The position numbers were made by a program, and so were the translations under genes. 64,000 bases of DNA from Clostridiales bacterium (GTDB lineage: Bacteria; Bacillota; Clostridia; Lachnospirales; JAQSXR01), in the NCBI GenBank assembly GCA_029256575.1, contig JAQSXR010000004.1:2514-66513 (forward strand). Direction: 5' to 3'. How positions within the stretch are numbered: the stretch's first letter is position 1; each line of letters opens with the position of its first letter. The notes below the pieces were generated by a model. That model was not told the DNA's origin, did not search any database, and saw only the letters and a list, made by a program, of their open reading frames with translations. Shown in pieces: positions 39,470-50,729 of this stretch.

Positions 39470-41071
39470 TTAAAGTGCTCTAAATTTTATTTCTCCCTTT
39501 GTCTTTAGATATCCATACATTGCCATATTTATCAACGCTATAATTACTGTTGTTCCTAACACTATAAATGAAATCGAAATGTCTTTCAAAAATATAGCAA
39601 TCATGATTGGAATAGCAACACTTGCCAAGCCTACCAGCATTGAAAGTATAGATGCAATACTTTGTTTTAGAACTGTTACTTCTGATTTCCACTCAAGGAT
39701 TGGGAATAACAAATTAATTATAATTCCAACTGTTGCGGAAAATACAGCATACACAAGCGGTGTTATATATAGCATTATTATTTCAAATAAACTAGGGTGT
39801 AATTTAATAATTAATAAAGTACTGCTTACTAAAATGACAGGTACTGTTAATGTTAAATTAACTGCAATCTTACTTAAGAATATTGTTATTGCATGAACTG
39901 GAATTGATTTTGCTATCCAAATATGCTTTCCTTCAAGAGAAATAGAAGATCCGGTAGTACAACTCATTCCAAGAAACACAGAAACTACAAGTGGTGCTGC
40001 TTTTGTAATCAACTCTGCAAACCCTGGCATTTCGAGAATTTGCTCTAGTGGTCCAGCCCCTACAACAAGAAACGTTATCGAAAGTATTAACAACATTATC
40101 ATACCTATTGAAGTATTCATGACATAAAAAGAAGAATTAAAATATCTTTTTATTTCTCTTTTGTATAATGCTCCAAATTGACTAGAACTCACCAAAGCTT
40201 TCATTTTATAATTTGACTTTGACCTAGTCGTTGTTAAAAGTGTATTGATAGCTCGATAGTTAATTGAAATAAACATAGTGAAAATTATAAAAGACCCCAA
40301 AGATATTAAAACATATAATAATAACGAGTTTAAATTATAATCCACTAATGCTTCGCTAAACAACTTTGATAATGGATATACCCGATAAATCTTCTCACTA
40401 AGTGACTTTGCCATATCTATAATTTGTGCTTCCGTTACTTTACTTGAATTCATGCTTAAATACATTATTCCAAATAAAAAAGCTAAGCTTAAAATAATAG
40501 AAATAAAACTTATATGTTTAAACTTAGCCGCAATCATTGTAATAATAGCACCAATTACAGTTGCAATTATGATTGGTACTAGTGGTATTAAAAGGATTGT
40601 AAGTATAAATATTAAGTAAAAGGCAAGCCCTGGCGCTGTATGTATTGCAAATACTGCTCCTGCTGGGACCATAATTAAAAAAGTAAATACTATATTCATT
40701 GAATATAACAATAATATTCTGCTCCCTACAATTTGTCTTACGGTGACTGGTAAAGCAATAATCATGTCATAATCCTTGTAACCGAACAAAATTCCACTTA
40801 CCTTATAAATAGTTGTAAATAATACCATTGCACTCGTTGACACTAACATAATAGGAAGTAGCATTCCAATGTCACCAAGCATAACAAAAGCTGATGCCAT
40901 AGAATTGCTATAAAGATAAGACAATAAGCTACATCCTACTAAACCAATCGTAGCAGAAATAGCAAAAAATATGAACTTTTGTTTTTCTTTTATGTCCTTT
41001 GTATGTAACATTTTATTAACACCAAAGAAGTTCAACAATTGTATTTTTAAAAGTATCCAAATTTTAGTCAT
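39470..41071 (-). CDS. Polytopic membrane protein, putative ABC-2-type exporter permease
   Basis: 533 aa with more than 10 predicted TM helices. 8-nt overlap with the upstream ABC ATPase gene. Confidence 0.6.
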   Translation of the reverse strand: MTKIWILLKIQLLNFFGVNKMLHTKDIKEKQKFIFFAISATIGLVGCSLLSYLYSNSMASAFVMLGDIGMLLPIMLVSTSAMVLFTTIYKVSGILFGYKDYDMIIALPVTVRQIVGSRILLLYSMNIVFTFLIMVPAGAVFAIHTAPGLAFYLIFILTILLIPLVPIIIATVIGAIITMIAAKFKHISFISIILSLAFLFGIMYLSMNSSKVTEAQIIDMAKSLSEKIYRVYPLSKLFSEALVDYNLNSLLLYVLISLGSFIIFTMFISINYRAINTLLTTTRSKSNYKMKALVSSSQFGALYKREIKRYFNSSFYVMNTSIGMIMLLILSITFLVVGAGPLEQILEMPGFAELITKAAPLVVSVFLGMSCTTGSSISLEGKHIWIAKSIPVHAITIFLSKIAVNLTLTVPVILVSSTLLIIKLHPSLFEIIMLYITPLVYAVFSATVGIIINLLFPILEWKSEVTVLKQSIASILSMLVGLASVAIPIMIAIFLKDISISFIVLGTTVIIALINMAMYGYLKTKGEIKFRAL

Positions 41072-41777
41072 TATCGATCAACTCCATAAACAGATTTTCA
41101 AGTGAATTATCACCCTTAACCTTATTGGTTTCTCCATATGTAATCAACTTTCCTGCTTTAATTATTGCAATCTTCGTACATAGTTTCTCTGCCACATCTA
41201 AAACATGAGTTGAAAAAAATATTGCACTGCCATTCGCGCAGATTTCTCTCATTATAGTTTTCAATGTATGAGCAGCCTTAGGATCAAGACCCACAAATGG
41301 TTCATCTAGTATAAGTAATTTGGGTTTATGTATTAACGCAGAAATAATAACGAGCTTCTGCTTCATTCCATGCGAATAAGAAGCAACTAAATCTCCTAGA
41401 TTTACAGTTAATTCAAATCGATCAGCATATTCCTTAATTAATGTTTCTCTTTCTTTTACATCCACCATAAATATATCAGCAATAAAGTTAAGATATTGTA
41501 TTCCCGTTAAATATTCGTATATATCTGGATTATCAGGTATAAAGGCAAGTATTTTTTTACATTCTAACGGATTATCTTTTATTGATATTCCATTAATAAA
41601 AATATCACCAGACTCAAATTCTTGAGCTCCTACAATAGCTCGAATCGTTGTTGTTTTTCCTGCTCCATTGTGTCCAATAAATCCATAAATATCTCCTGCT
41701 TTGACTTCAAGTGTTAAATTATCTACCGCTTTTTTACCGCCTTTATATGTTTTAGAAAAGTTTTGAATTTGAAGCAT
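41064..41777 (-). CDS. ABC transporter ATP-binding protein (ABC-2/DrrA-like)
   Basis: Walker A GHNGAGKTT, signature YSHGMKQK, Walker B LLILDEP. GGAGGG RBS precedes the ATG at 41777. Confidence 0.9.
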   Translation of the reverse strand: MLQIQNFSKTYKGGKKAVDNLTLEVKAGDIYGFIGHNGAGKTTTIRAIVGAQEFESGDIFINGISIKDNPLECKKILAFIPDNPDIYEYLTGIQYLNFIADIFMVDVKERETLIKEYADRFELTVNLGDLVASYSHGMKQKLVIISALIHKPKLLILDEPFVGLDPKAAHTLKTIMREICANGSAIFFSTHVLDVAEKLCTKIAIIKAGKLITYGETNKVKGDNSLENLFMELIDND

Positions 41778-41874
41778 TTCTTTTCCCTCCAAATGATTCT
41801 ATTATCATAATTCTAAATAATATTTTAAAAATATTCACATTATTATACGATCTTTTTATAAGAGTTCAATCCAT

Positions 41875-42744
41875 CTATCCAAATATTCTTCTACTTATTT
41901 CTTTTGCTGCTTCCGTCCCAGCCATTCCACCAATTGAAGTTTCTTTTAGTGAAGGTGGCAAAGCCTTTCCTACTTTATGCATTGCATCAACCATTTGATC
42001 GAGAGGAACTACACTTTTCATACCTGCCATTGCTAAGTCTGCACATAGCATAGCATTAATTGACTGAATTGCATTTCTTTGAGCACAAGGAACTTGAACT
42101 AAGCCTGCAACTGGATCACATACTAGCCCTAATACATTCATTAATACAAAACAGCACGCATTAATTGCCATATCCGGAGTTCCTCCAGCTAGCTGTACCG
42201 CTGCTGCTGTTGCCATAGTCGCCCCTACCCCTGTTTCAGCTTGACAGGCACCTTCTGCACCTGAAACTGTTGCATTCTGCATTATTACCGCTCCAACACC
42301 CGATGCAGTAAGTAATGCATCCAAGACTTCTTTCTTTGATGAATTATATTTATCCGATAATGAACTTACAACCGCAGGCACAATTCCACAAGCCCCAGCA
42401 GTTGGTGCTGCACAGACTCTTCCCATCGAAGCATTCGTCTCACTGCAAGAAAGTGCTCTAGCCATTACAGAATTAATAAAACTACCACATATACTATTTT
42501 CACCTTTTGAATAGTTGTATTGATCCATACTGATACCTTGTATCAATGCACCAGGTGTCACCAATGGTGTGTGCAGTGCTTTCCTAGTTGATTCTAGCAT
42601 TACATTATAATTTAATTCTAATTTTTCATATATTTGACTTTCAGATAGATCAGAGAGTTTCATTTCAGCTTCTAATATAATCTGTGAAAGCGAAACATTA
42701 CGTATTGTTGCTAATTCCAATAATTCATCAAAATTATTATACAT
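41875..42744 (-). CDS. sdaAA: L-serine dehydratase, alpha subunit
   Basis: 289 aa. Gly/Ala-rich ...AAPTAGACGIVPA... core. Follows the beta subunit gene. Confidence 0.9.
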   Translation of the reverse strand: MYNNFDELLELATIRNVSLSQIILEAEMKLSDLSESQIYEKLELNYNVMLESTRKALHTPLVTPGALIQGISMDQYNYSKGENSICGSFINSVMARALSCSETNASMGRVCAAPTAGACGIVPAVVSSLSDKYNSSKKEVLDALLTASGVGAVIMQNATVSGAEGACQAETGVGATMATAAAVQLAGGTPDMAINACCFVLMNVLGLVCDPVAGLVQVPCAQRNAIQSINAMLCADLAMAGMKSVVPLDQMVDAMHKVGKALPPSLKETSIGGMAGTEAAKEISRRIFG

Positions 42745-42756
42745 TTAAAAACACCT

Positions 42757-43428
42757 CTATTTATCCGTTATTATAATTGAGTGTACACTAATTACATTAT
42801 TTACTTCCTTCAAGCTTTCAACAACTTCACTTGTAATTATACTATCCGTTTCTATTATACAACAAGCCATCTCGCCCTTTGCAGTCCGATTCACCTTCAT
42901 AATACCAATATTAATGTTATTGTTAGCAAGAACTCTAGCGATATCGCTAATTACACCCTTTTTATCATATTGATTAATTACAAGAGTACATGCTTGAGCT
43001 GTTATTTCTGTATCAAATTTATTTATTCTCTTAACAATAATTTGTCCCCCTCCAATTGAGGAGCCAATAATATCGTTATAAGTACCATCTTTCATAAAAA
43101 ATGTAATCTTTACTGAATTTTCGTGCATTCCCTCTAATTCAAGTTCATAAAAATCAAAAGTTATATCATATATTTTAGCTATTTCAAATGATTTTACTAA
43201 ATCTTCATCATCCTCTAATATTCCTAAAATACCAGCTACTAATGCTCTGTCTGTACCGTGGCCTTTGTAAGTTTTTGCAAATGACCCATGCAACCCAAAC
43301 GAAACATGACTAAACTCTTTCCCTGCAATAACTCTTGCTATTCGAGCAAGTTTTGCTGCTCCAGCAGTATGCGAACTTGAAGGTCCTATCATGATAGGGC
43401 CAATTGCTTCAAAAACACTTACATTCAT
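42757..43428 (-). CDS. sdaAB: L-serine dehydratase, beta subunit (with ACT domain)
   Basis: 223 aa. IGPSSSHTAGA at the N-terminus. Confidence 0.9.
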   Translation of the reverse strand: MNVSVFEAIGPIMIGPSSSHTAGAAKLARIARVIAGKEFSHVSFGLHGSFAKTYKGHGTDRALVAGILGILEDDEDLVKSFEIAKIYDITFDFYELELEGMHENSVKITFFMKDGTYNDIIGSSIGGGQIIVKRINKFDTEITAQACTLVINQYDKKGVISDIARVLANNNINIGIMKVNRTAKGEMACCIIETDSIITSEVVESLKEVNNVISVHSIIITDK

Positions 43429-43444
43429 ATTTTGCCTCCAGACA

Positions 43445-43927
43445 TTACTCTGTCTTAAAACTTTCTAATCTACTGTGAATTGTTTTATTATAATTTAGAA
43501 CTTCTCTTTCATAATTACTATTCATGTAACTCGATGTTAATAAAAAATCAGCAGTTGCTTGGTTATTAGCAATTGGGATATCATATACAACCGCAATTCG
43601 AAGCAATGCTTTTACATCTGGATCATGTGGTTGTGATTCGAGAGGATCCCAGAAAAATACAACAAAGTCAACTCCACCTTCAACAATTCGTGCTCCGATT
43701 TGTTGATCACCACCTAATGGTCCACTATTATATCCTTTTACAGGTAATCCAGTCTTATCTGCAATCAGTCGAGCTGTTGTTCCTGTCCCACACAGAAAAT
43801 GTTGGCTTAAAATTTTCTTATTTGCATCAACCCATTCTACCAACTGAGGTTTCTTACTGTCATGTGCAATTAAAGCAATGTGTTTTTGTTTACCAATTGT
43901 AAATTTAATATAATCGTCTTGTATCAT
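43445..43927 (-). CDS. mgsA: Methylglyoxal synthase
   Basis: IALIAHDSKK...CGTGTT...SGPLGGDQQIGA...FFWDPL..QPHDPDV. Confidence 0.9.
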   Translation of the reverse strand: MIQDDYIKFTIGKQKHIALIAHDSKKPQLVEWVDANKKILSQHFLCGTGTTARLIADKTGLPVKGYNSGPLGGDQQIGARIVEGGVDFVVFFWDPLESQPHDPDVKALLRIAVVYDIPIANNQATADFLLTSSYMNSNYEREVLNYNKTIHSRLESFKTE

Positions 43928-44005
43928 ATTATCTTCTCCTATCTCTATCCTTTTTATTATAGTTAATCCTATATATTTTACTATATCACAAATTATATCC
44001 TTAAG

Positions 44006-45328
44006 TTAGAATTTTTCAACTTTGTTTTTTTCTACACGTGCAAATATTAATGGTACTAATTCTGGTTTTGTAGTTCCAACTGTTATGGCTTGTTTGAATT
44101 TATTTGAGGCTGCTTCAAATAAAGATTCTTGTGAGGCATACATCGTAGCGAAGGAGTCTCCAACCTTTACGTAGTCACCAACCTTATTTTTAAGGATAAT
44201 ACCAGCTGCATAATCAATTGTACTAGCAGTAGTTTCTCTACCCGCACCAAGCATTGATGAAGAAATACCACATAACTCTGTATTCATATGTGTTATATAT
44301 CCTTCTTTATCTGATACTACTTCAAAACTATATGGAGCCTTTGCAAAAGCATTCGTATCTTTAATTACAGATGTGTCTCCACCTTGTGCCTCAACCATTG
44401 CAATAAGACGTTCAAACGCTTTCCCATTATCGATAACTTCTTGCGCCATCTTCTTACAAGTGTCTAAATCACCTTTGCCTGCCAAATACAACATATTTCC
44501 TGCTAAATTAAGGCAAACTTCTGTTAAATCTTCAGGTCCATTTCCTTTTAACGTATTAACTGCTTCAATAACTTCGAGAGAGTTACCAATTGCGTGACCT
44601 AACGGAATATCCATATCTGTTATTAAAGCTACCGTTCTTTTCCCTGCATTTTCTCCAATTGCAACCATCTTTTTGGATAATTCAATTGAATCATCAAGTG
44701 TTTTCATAAATGCCCCACTACCAGTTTTTACGTCTAATAAGATACAATCATTTCCGGCTGCTATTTTCTTACTCATAATAGATACTGCTATAAGTGGAAT
44801 GCTGCTTACCGTTCCAGTAACATCTCTAAGCGCATAAAGTTTTTTATCGGCAGGTGTCATATTCCCTGATTGACCAATTACACTTAAACCAGTTTTATTT
44901 ACAACATCAAAAAATTCTTCTTGTGATAATGAAGTCCTCATATTTGGAATTGATTCCATCTTATCTACCGTTCCACCAGTATGTCCAAGCCCTCTGCCTG
45001 ACATCTTTGCAACTTTAACACCGCAGGCTGCTACAATTGGTGCGATTATAAGAGTTGTTTTATCACCGACTCCACCTGTAGAATGTTTATCAACTTTTAC
45101 GCCTTCAATTCTAGATAAATCAACTACATCCCCTGAGTGTGCAACTGCATTTGTCATAATTGATGTTTCTTCATCGCTCATCCCTTGAAAGCATATAGCC
45201 ATTAACATTGCTGACATTTGATAATCAGGAATTTTTCCTAAAACATATTCCGATATCATAAAATTTATTTCTTCTGGGCTTAAACAATTCCCGTTTCTCT
45301 TATTCGTAATTAGATCAACCATTCTCAT
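44006..45328 (-). CDS. pdp: Pyrimidine-nucleoside phosphorylase
   Basis: 440 aa. DKHSTGGVGD and SGRGLGHTGGT. Confidence 0.93.
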   Translation of the reverse strand: MRMVDLITNKRNGNCLSPEEINFMISEYVLGKIPDYQMSAMLMAICFQGMSDEETSIMTNAVAHSGDVVDLSRIEGVKVDKHSTGGVGDKTTLIIAPIVAACGVKVAKMSGRGLGHTGGTVDKMESIPNMRTSLSQEEFFDVVNKTGLSVIGQSGNMTPADKKLYALRDVTGTVSSIPLIAVSIMSKKIAAGNDCILLDVKTGSGAFMKTLDDSIELSKKMVAIGENAGKRTVALITDMDIPLGHAIGNSLEVIEAVNTLKGNGPEDLTEVCLNLAGNMLYLAGKGDLDTCKKMAQEVIDNGKAFERLIAMVEAQGGDTSVIKDTNAFAKAPYSFEVVSDKEGYITHMNTELCGISSSMLGAGRETTASTIDYAAGIILKNKVGDYVKVGDSFATMYASQESLFEAASNKFKQAITVGTTKPELVPLIFARVEKNKVEKF

Positions 45329-45470
45329 AAATTAACCCTCCAATTAATATTAAGAGGACTGGCCCAAGATTTGAGACAGCCCCTCTTATATTTTCTAATA
45401 TTTAACTTACTATAATTACTCGGTTATATGGTTATTTAAATAATAAACAGTTGTTTAAAACTACCATTTA

Positions 45471-46436
45471 CTATCTACTACTCTTATCGTATGGAATACC
45501 GGATGCTCTTGGTGCTTGTGAATTCTTAGATGAAAAAGCTAGTACAATTAATGTAGCAACATAAGGTATCATCTTATATACTTCACTCGATATAGGTAGA
45601 TTTTTAAGTAATGAAATTCCTGTGTAACTATTTGCTAATGTCTTCATAATACCAAAGAAGAAAGCTGCAAATAAAATTCTTTTTGGTTTCCATTGTCCAA
45701 AAATAAGAACAGCAAGTGCAAGGAATCCGTATCCTGCAACACTAGCACTAAATTGAGTTGAAGTAGGTAATATAAATACTAACCCACCAATACCTGCTAA
45801 TGCACCTGAGATTACAACCCCAGCATATCTTATTTTATACACATTTATACCAACTGAATCCGCAGCATGTGGATGTTCTCCACAAGCACGTAATCTAAGA
45901 CCAAATCTAGTTCGATATAATACAATGGATGAAACGATTAAGATTCCAAAACCCAAAAATGTTGTAATATATGCTTTTTGGAAAAACATTGGTCCAATTA
46001 CAGGAATATCACCAAGTACTGGTATCTTCTCTATATAGAACTTAGTTCCATTAAATATTACATTTTGAGAATTTTGAACCATTCTTGCAACGAAAATTGC
46101 AAATGCAGGTGCAAACATATTAAGTGCGGTACCACTTATCGTTTGATCTGCTTTCATATTGATAGAAGCAAAGGCATGAAGCAGCGAAAAAATAGCCCCT
46201 GATAATCCAGCAACAAGTAGCGCCAAGATTAATTGCCATTGACCAGGAATAGAATCCCCAGTGATATTTAAGAAGGCTACTCCGATAAATGCACCCATAA
46301 CCATTATACCTTCTAATGCTATATTTACTACACCACTCCGTTCAGAAAACATTCCACCAAGTGCTACTATTAGAAGAGGAATCGAGAAATACATGGCCTG
46401 TTGAGCAATAAAGTTAATTTCATTCATCTTTTTCAT
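45471..46436 (-). CDS. nupQ: Nucleoside ABC transporter permease (NupQ-like)
   Basis: 321 aa polytopic permease, last gene of a BMP-lipoprotein/ATPase/2-permease set arranged as in B. subtilis nupNOPQ. Confidence 0.8.
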   Translation of the reverse strand: MKKMNEINFIAQQAMYFSIPLLIVALGGMFSERSGVVNIALEGIMVMGAFIGVAFLNITGDSIPGQWQLILALLVAGLSGAIFSLLHAFASINMKADQTISGTALNMFAPAFAIFVARMVQNSQNVIFNGTKFYIEKIPVLGDIPVIGPMFFQKAYITTFLGFGILIVSSIVLYRTRFGLRLRACGEHPHAADSVGINVYKIRYAGVVISGALAGIGGLVFILPTSTQFSASVAGYGFLALAVLIFGQWKPKRILFAAFFFGIMKTLANSYTGISLLKNLPISSEVYKMIPYVATLIVLAFSSKNSQAPRASGIPYDKSSR

Positions 46437-47526
46437 CCTCCCTCTTAGCTAGTTTTTTACCTACTCTTCCAAGTAAGTTCTTAAATACTAATGCAAAGGC
46501 GCTAAAATAAATAATAGCCGCAATAATAATATCGATTACTTGCGGAGCAAAATCAAAGGATTGAAGATTGAATCCACCAACTGTAATATATCCAATAAAG
46601 AGTCCTGCAAATAAAATACCGATTGGATTCGATAATCCAAGTAATGCTACTGGAATACCATTGAACCCTTCAATTGCAATTATATCTTGTACTTGCATAT
46701 ATTTCCCTGCTCCAGATAAGTAGAATAAAGCTCCACCAAGTCCAGATATTGCACCAGCTATAACCATTGATAATACAATGTTTTTCTTTGCATTTATACC
46801 TGCATATTTACTTGCATTTGGATTCTTACCACAGGCTTTTAACTCAAAGCCAAATGTTGTTTTATTAATAACTATATACATGATAAAAACAACGAATATA
46901 ACGATTAATATCGCACCATTAACACTTCTATAAGGGAATATTTTATCGATTCCCCATTTTGGAATTTGTGCGGAAGCAGCAACTGGTAATGTTTGATTCT
47001 TTAATTGATCAAATACTGTTTTAACGATAAGCATATTTGTTAAGTACATTCCAATGTAGTTCATAATGATAGAAGAAATTACCTCATTAACATTTGCTAC
47101 CGCTTTTAAGATACCCGGTACAAAGCCCCAAAGTGCACCTGCTAATGCTGCTGCAAATAATGCAACGATCCAATGTGAATATCCTGGAAGCCAAGTCCAA
47201 TTTACCCCAATATAGATTGCAACAAATGTACCTACTGTAAATTGACCGGAAGCACCTATGTTAAAAAGTCCTGTTTTAAAAGCAAATCCAACTGAAAGTC
47301 CTGTCATAATAATTGGGACAGCAAAATAAATTACATTTCCCATTCCTGCCAAACCATCTTGAAGACCGCCTAATAAAATCGTTCCAAATCCTTGAAATGC
47401 TTGACTCGGATTACTAAACAAGAGTATAAGTAATCCAAATATCAGCCCTACTACAATAGCTAATATAGAAGATGAAAAACTTGCAACTGCACTATTTCCC
47501 AACATTTTACTAAGTTTAGTTCTCAT
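46420..47526 (-). CDS. nupP: Nucleoside ABC transporter permease (NupP-like)
   Basis: 368 aa polytopic permease. Overlaps both neighbouring genes. Confidence 0.8.
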   Translation of the reverse strand: MRTKLSKMLGNSAVASFSSSILAIVVGLIFGLLILLFSNPSQAFQGFGTILLGGLQDGLAGMGNVIYFAVPIIMTGLSVGFAFKTGLFNIGASGQFTVGTFVAIYIGVNWTWLPGYSHWIVALFAAALAGALWGFVPGILKAVANVNEVISSIIMNYIGMYLTNMLIVKTVFDQLKNQTLPVAASAQIPKWGIDKIFPYRSVNGAILIVIFVVFIMYIVINKTTFGFELKACGKNPNASKYAGINAKKNIVLSMVIAGAISGLGGALFYLSGAGKYMQVQDIIAIEGFNGIPVALLGLSNPIGILFAGLFIGYITVGGFNLQSFDFAPQVIDIIIAAIIYFSAFALVFKNLLGRVGKKLAKREDEKDE

Positions 47527-49048
47527 TTTTCACACTCCTTTTGGAACCCGACATGTATAACCCTAATTCTTGTACTGTAGTTTGATTTGGATCAAGATCT
47601 CCAACTATTTCACCTTCATACATTACTAAAATTCGGTCACTTACATTCATAACTTCATCTAACTCTAATGAAACTAATAAAACACCTTTTCCAGCATCTC
47701 TTTGAGCTACTAATTGTTTATGAATATATTCAATCGCCCCAACATCTAACCCACGTGTTGGTTGAACTGCTATAATTATTTCGGGATTCCTATCTATTTC
47801 TCTTGCTACGATTGCCTTTTGTTGATTTCCACCAGACATATCTCTTACAAGTGAATCTTCATCCTGACCGCTACGAATATCATATTGATCTATTAATTTC
47901 CTTGCAAATTCTCTTACTTCATTAAATTTAATAAATCCATGATTTTGATATTTCGGCAAATAATATGTTTGTAATACTAAATTTTCTTTCAAAGTATAAT
48001 CTAATACTAGTCCATCTTTATGGCGGTCTTCTGGAATATGCGCCATTCCGTCCTTACATCTTTTTCTAATTGATTCTTTTGTTATATCTTTTCCATTTAT
48101 AAATACATTACCACAATCAATGTGGGTTAAGCCAGTTAATCCATATACCAACTCTGATTGACCATTCCCATCAATACCAGCAATACATACTATTTCACCT
48201 TTTCTTACTTTAAATGAAACATCTGAAACAGCATTTTTAGATGTATGCTTTGATTTAATTGTAAGATCTTTTACTTCGAAAACTACTTCACCTAAATTTT
48301 GTTCTTGTTTTTCTACAGCAAAACTAACTTTACGTCCTACCATCATTTCTGACATTTCTTCTTTTGAAGCGCTTTCAACGTCTATTGTGCCAATATATTT
48401 ACCTTTTCTAAGCACAGTACATCTATCCGCTACTTCTTTGATTTCATTTAGTTTATGCGTTATAAAAATAATAGATTTTCCCTCACTAACTAATTGTTTC
48501 ATTATTTTCATGAGTTCATCAATTTCTTGAGGTGTTAAAACTGCAGTTGGCTCATCAAAGATTAGAATATTATTATCACAATATAACATCTTTAAGATCT
48601 CAACCCTTTGTTGCATTCCTACTGTAATATCTGAAATATATTCATCTGGATCTACCATTAATTTGTATTTTTGACTTAGTTCCATTACTTTCTTACGTGC
48701 ATCATCTTTTTTGAGAAAACCATTTTTGGTAGTTTCTCTACCTAATACTATACTTTCTAGTACTGTAAAATTATGAACTAATTTAAAATGTTGGTGAACC
48801 ATGCCTATGCCTAATGCATTAGCATCATTTGGGTTATTAATATTTACTGATTTACCATTAATCTTTATTTCACCTTTTTCAGGTTGATATAAACCAAACA
48901 ATACACTCATTAATGTCGATTTACCAGCACCATTCTCGCCTAGAAGAGCGTGAACTTCACCTTTTTTGACTTGTAATGTTATGTTATCATTGGCGATTAT
49001 ACCCGTAAATTCTTTGGTAATGTTATTCATTTCTATAACATATTCCAC
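47516..49048 (-). CDS. nupO: Nucleoside/sugar ABC transporter ATPase, duplicated NBD (NupO-like)
   Basis: 510 aa. Walker A GENGAGKST, plus a second degenerate NBD with GIDGNGQSE. Confidence 0.88.
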   Translation of the reverse strand: MEYVIEMNNITKEFTGIIANDNITLQVKKGEVHALLGENGAGKSTLMSVLFGLYQPEKGEIKINGKSVNINNPNDANALGIGMVHQHFKLVHNFTVLESIVLGRETTKNGFLKKDDARKKVMELSQKYKLMVDPDEYISDITVGMQQRVEILKMLYCDNNILIFDEPTAVLTPQEIDELMKIMKQLVSEGKSIIFITHKLNEIKEVADRCTVLRKGKYIGTIDVESASKEEMSEMMVGRKVSFAVEKQEQNLGEVVFEVKDLTIKSKHTSKNAVSDVSFKVRKGEIVCIAGIDGNGQSELVYGLTGLTHIDCGNVFINGKDITKESIRKRCKDGMAHIPEDRHKDGLVLDYTLKENLVLQTYYLPKYQNHGFIKFNEVREFARKLIDQYDIRSGQDEDSLVRDMSGGNQQKAIVAREIDRNPEIIIAVQPTRGLDVGAIEYIHKQLVAQRDAGKGVLLVSLELDEVMNVSDRILVMYEGEIVGDLDPNQTTVQELGLYMSGSKRSVKNEN

Positions 49049-49111
49049 GGCATATCCTCCTCGAGATTTAATTAAGCGGATTATTAGTCCGCTTCTTTTT
49101 CTCTGAATAAC

Positions 49112-49147
49112 TTACAAGTCCCCCAGCAATATGCCAGGGGCTTGTAA
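49112..49147 (-). terminator. Intra-operon stem-loop after the binding-protein gene
   Basis: TTACAAGTCCCC...GGGGCTTGTAA. Typical of stabiliser/attenuator hairpins after solute-binding-protein genes. Confidence 0.4.
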
Positions 49148-49180
49148 ATAAAGTAATATTGTAATATTTGAATTTATGAA

Positions 49181-50257
49181 TTATTCAATTACAGTTACAG
49201 TTACAAGATCAGTTGCTAATTCAGCAGCACTTGTTACATCTTGGTCACCTTTAATATCAAAATCTTTGTTAACTACTCTTGAATAGATTGAATCATAGTC
49301 AGCTTGTGTAAATGTTTCAAATCTTGAATTTTTCATTGGTAATTGAACACCTTCAACAGCTGCGTCAAGAGTGATTGATTTTCCACCTTCAAATGTTTTA
49401 TCATAGATTGAAGTTAATGCATCAACTACTGATTTACCAAGGTTCTTCATTGATGAAGTAATAACTGTATCTGATTCATTGTATTGGTCAACGTCAACAC
49501 CAATTACTTTTGTTCCAGCTGTTTCAGCTGCTTTCATAACTGAGTTTCCTGATGCTCCACCACAAGCAAAGATAAGTTCTGTACCTTCATTGTACCAAGC
49601 TGCTGCTTTTGCCATGTTGTCTGGAGTTGCATCAAAGTTACCAAAGTAAGTATATTTAACATTTACTTCTCCTGCGCTTAGTCCAAGCTCTTGAGCAGCT
49701 AAGTCAGCACCTTGAATGAATCCGTATCCAAATCTAATAACTGCAGGAACTGCTATTCCGCCTGTGAATCCTAATTGTCTGTAACCGTCTTTAACAGCTG
49801 CATAACCAGCTAAGAAACCTGCTTCTTGTTCTGCATAGAAAATTGAAAGAACGTTATCATTGATAACTGGATTCCAATCACCTGCGTGAGGGGCACCATC
49901 AAGAATAATAAACTTTACATCTGGATAAGTTGTTTGAGCTTTAAATACAGGAACTTCGAATAAAAATCCTGGACAAACAATAATCTTTGCTCCATTTTTT
50001 ACAGCTAAATCGAAAGAAGCTAAGTACGCATCATCTGATTTCTCAGTTGGTTTGTAATACTTATGTGTAATCTTGTTTTCTTTAGCGTATTCTACAACGC
50101 CTTCCCAAGCACCTTGATTGAATGACTTGTCATCGATAGTACCTACATCAGTGATTAAAGCAATTTCATAATTTGATTTTTCTTTTTTACAAGCAGCCAT
50201 TGATAACACCATAGCAGCTATTAAAAGAAGTGTGATAATTTTGTTGAATTTTTTCAT
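49181..50257 (-). CDS. nupN: BMP-family (PnrA/NupN-like) nucleoside-binding lipoprotein
   Basis: Lipobox MAAC. TDVGTIDDKSFNQ motif. Confidence 0.88.
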   Translation of the reverse strand: MKKFNKIITLLLIAAMVLSMAACKKEKSNYEIALITDVGTIDDKSFNQGAWEGVVEYAKENKITHKYYKPTEKSDDAYLASFDLAVKNGAKIIVCPGFLFEVPVFKAQTTYPDVKFIILDGAPHAGDWNPVINDNVLSIFYAEQEAGFLAGYAAVKDGYRQLGFTGGIAVPAVIRFGYGFIQGADLAAQELGLSAGEVNVKYTYFGNFDATPDNMAKAAAWYNEGTELIFACGGASGNSVMKAAETAGTKVIGVDVDQYNESDTVITSSMKNLGKSVVDALTSIYDKTFEGGKSITLDAAVEGVQLPMKNSRFETFTQADYDSIYSRVVNKDFDIKGDQDVTSAAELATDLVTVTVIE

Positions 50258-50285
50258 TTTCTTTCCTCCTACTTGTTCGCATGTT

Positions 50286-50711
50286 TTATTTTGATAAATT
50301 TTTATTAGTAAATCCCAAAGGTAATAACTCCTTTAAGGATAAAACTACGTAATCATTTTCACTCTTAGCTAAAATAATGCTAAAAGTTTCAGGGTCGCAA
50401 AATTCAGCCATAACTTGACGGCAAACACCACAAGGAGCACAATAATCTCCACTTCCCGCTTCAACACTATCTGTATTACCTACTATTGCAATTGCAGTAA
50501 AATCTTTAACACCTTCTGAAACTGCTTTAAAAAATGCAGTTCTTTCCGCACAATTTGTTGGTGTAAATGTAGCATTTTCGATATTACATCCGAGGTAAAC
50601 TTTACCTTCTTCACTTAGTAGCGCCGCTCCAACTTTAAAATGTGAATATGGTGAATAGGAAGACTTTTGAGCCTCAAAGGCTTTTTTTACTAATTCTTTA
50701 TAATCAGTCAT
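50286..50711 (-). CDS. cdd: Cytidine deaminase
   Basis: 141 aa. Zinc ligand motifs CAERTA and PCGVCRQ. Confidence 0.92.
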   Translation of the reverse strand: MTDYKELVKKAFEAQKSSYSPYSHFKVGAALLSEEGKVYLGCNIENATFTPTNCAERTAFFKAVSEGVKDFTAIAIVGNTDSVEAGSGDYCAPCGVCRQVMAEFCDPETFSIILAKSENDYVVLSLKELLPLGFTNKNLSK

Positions 50712-50729
50712 TTTATCTCCACCTTTATA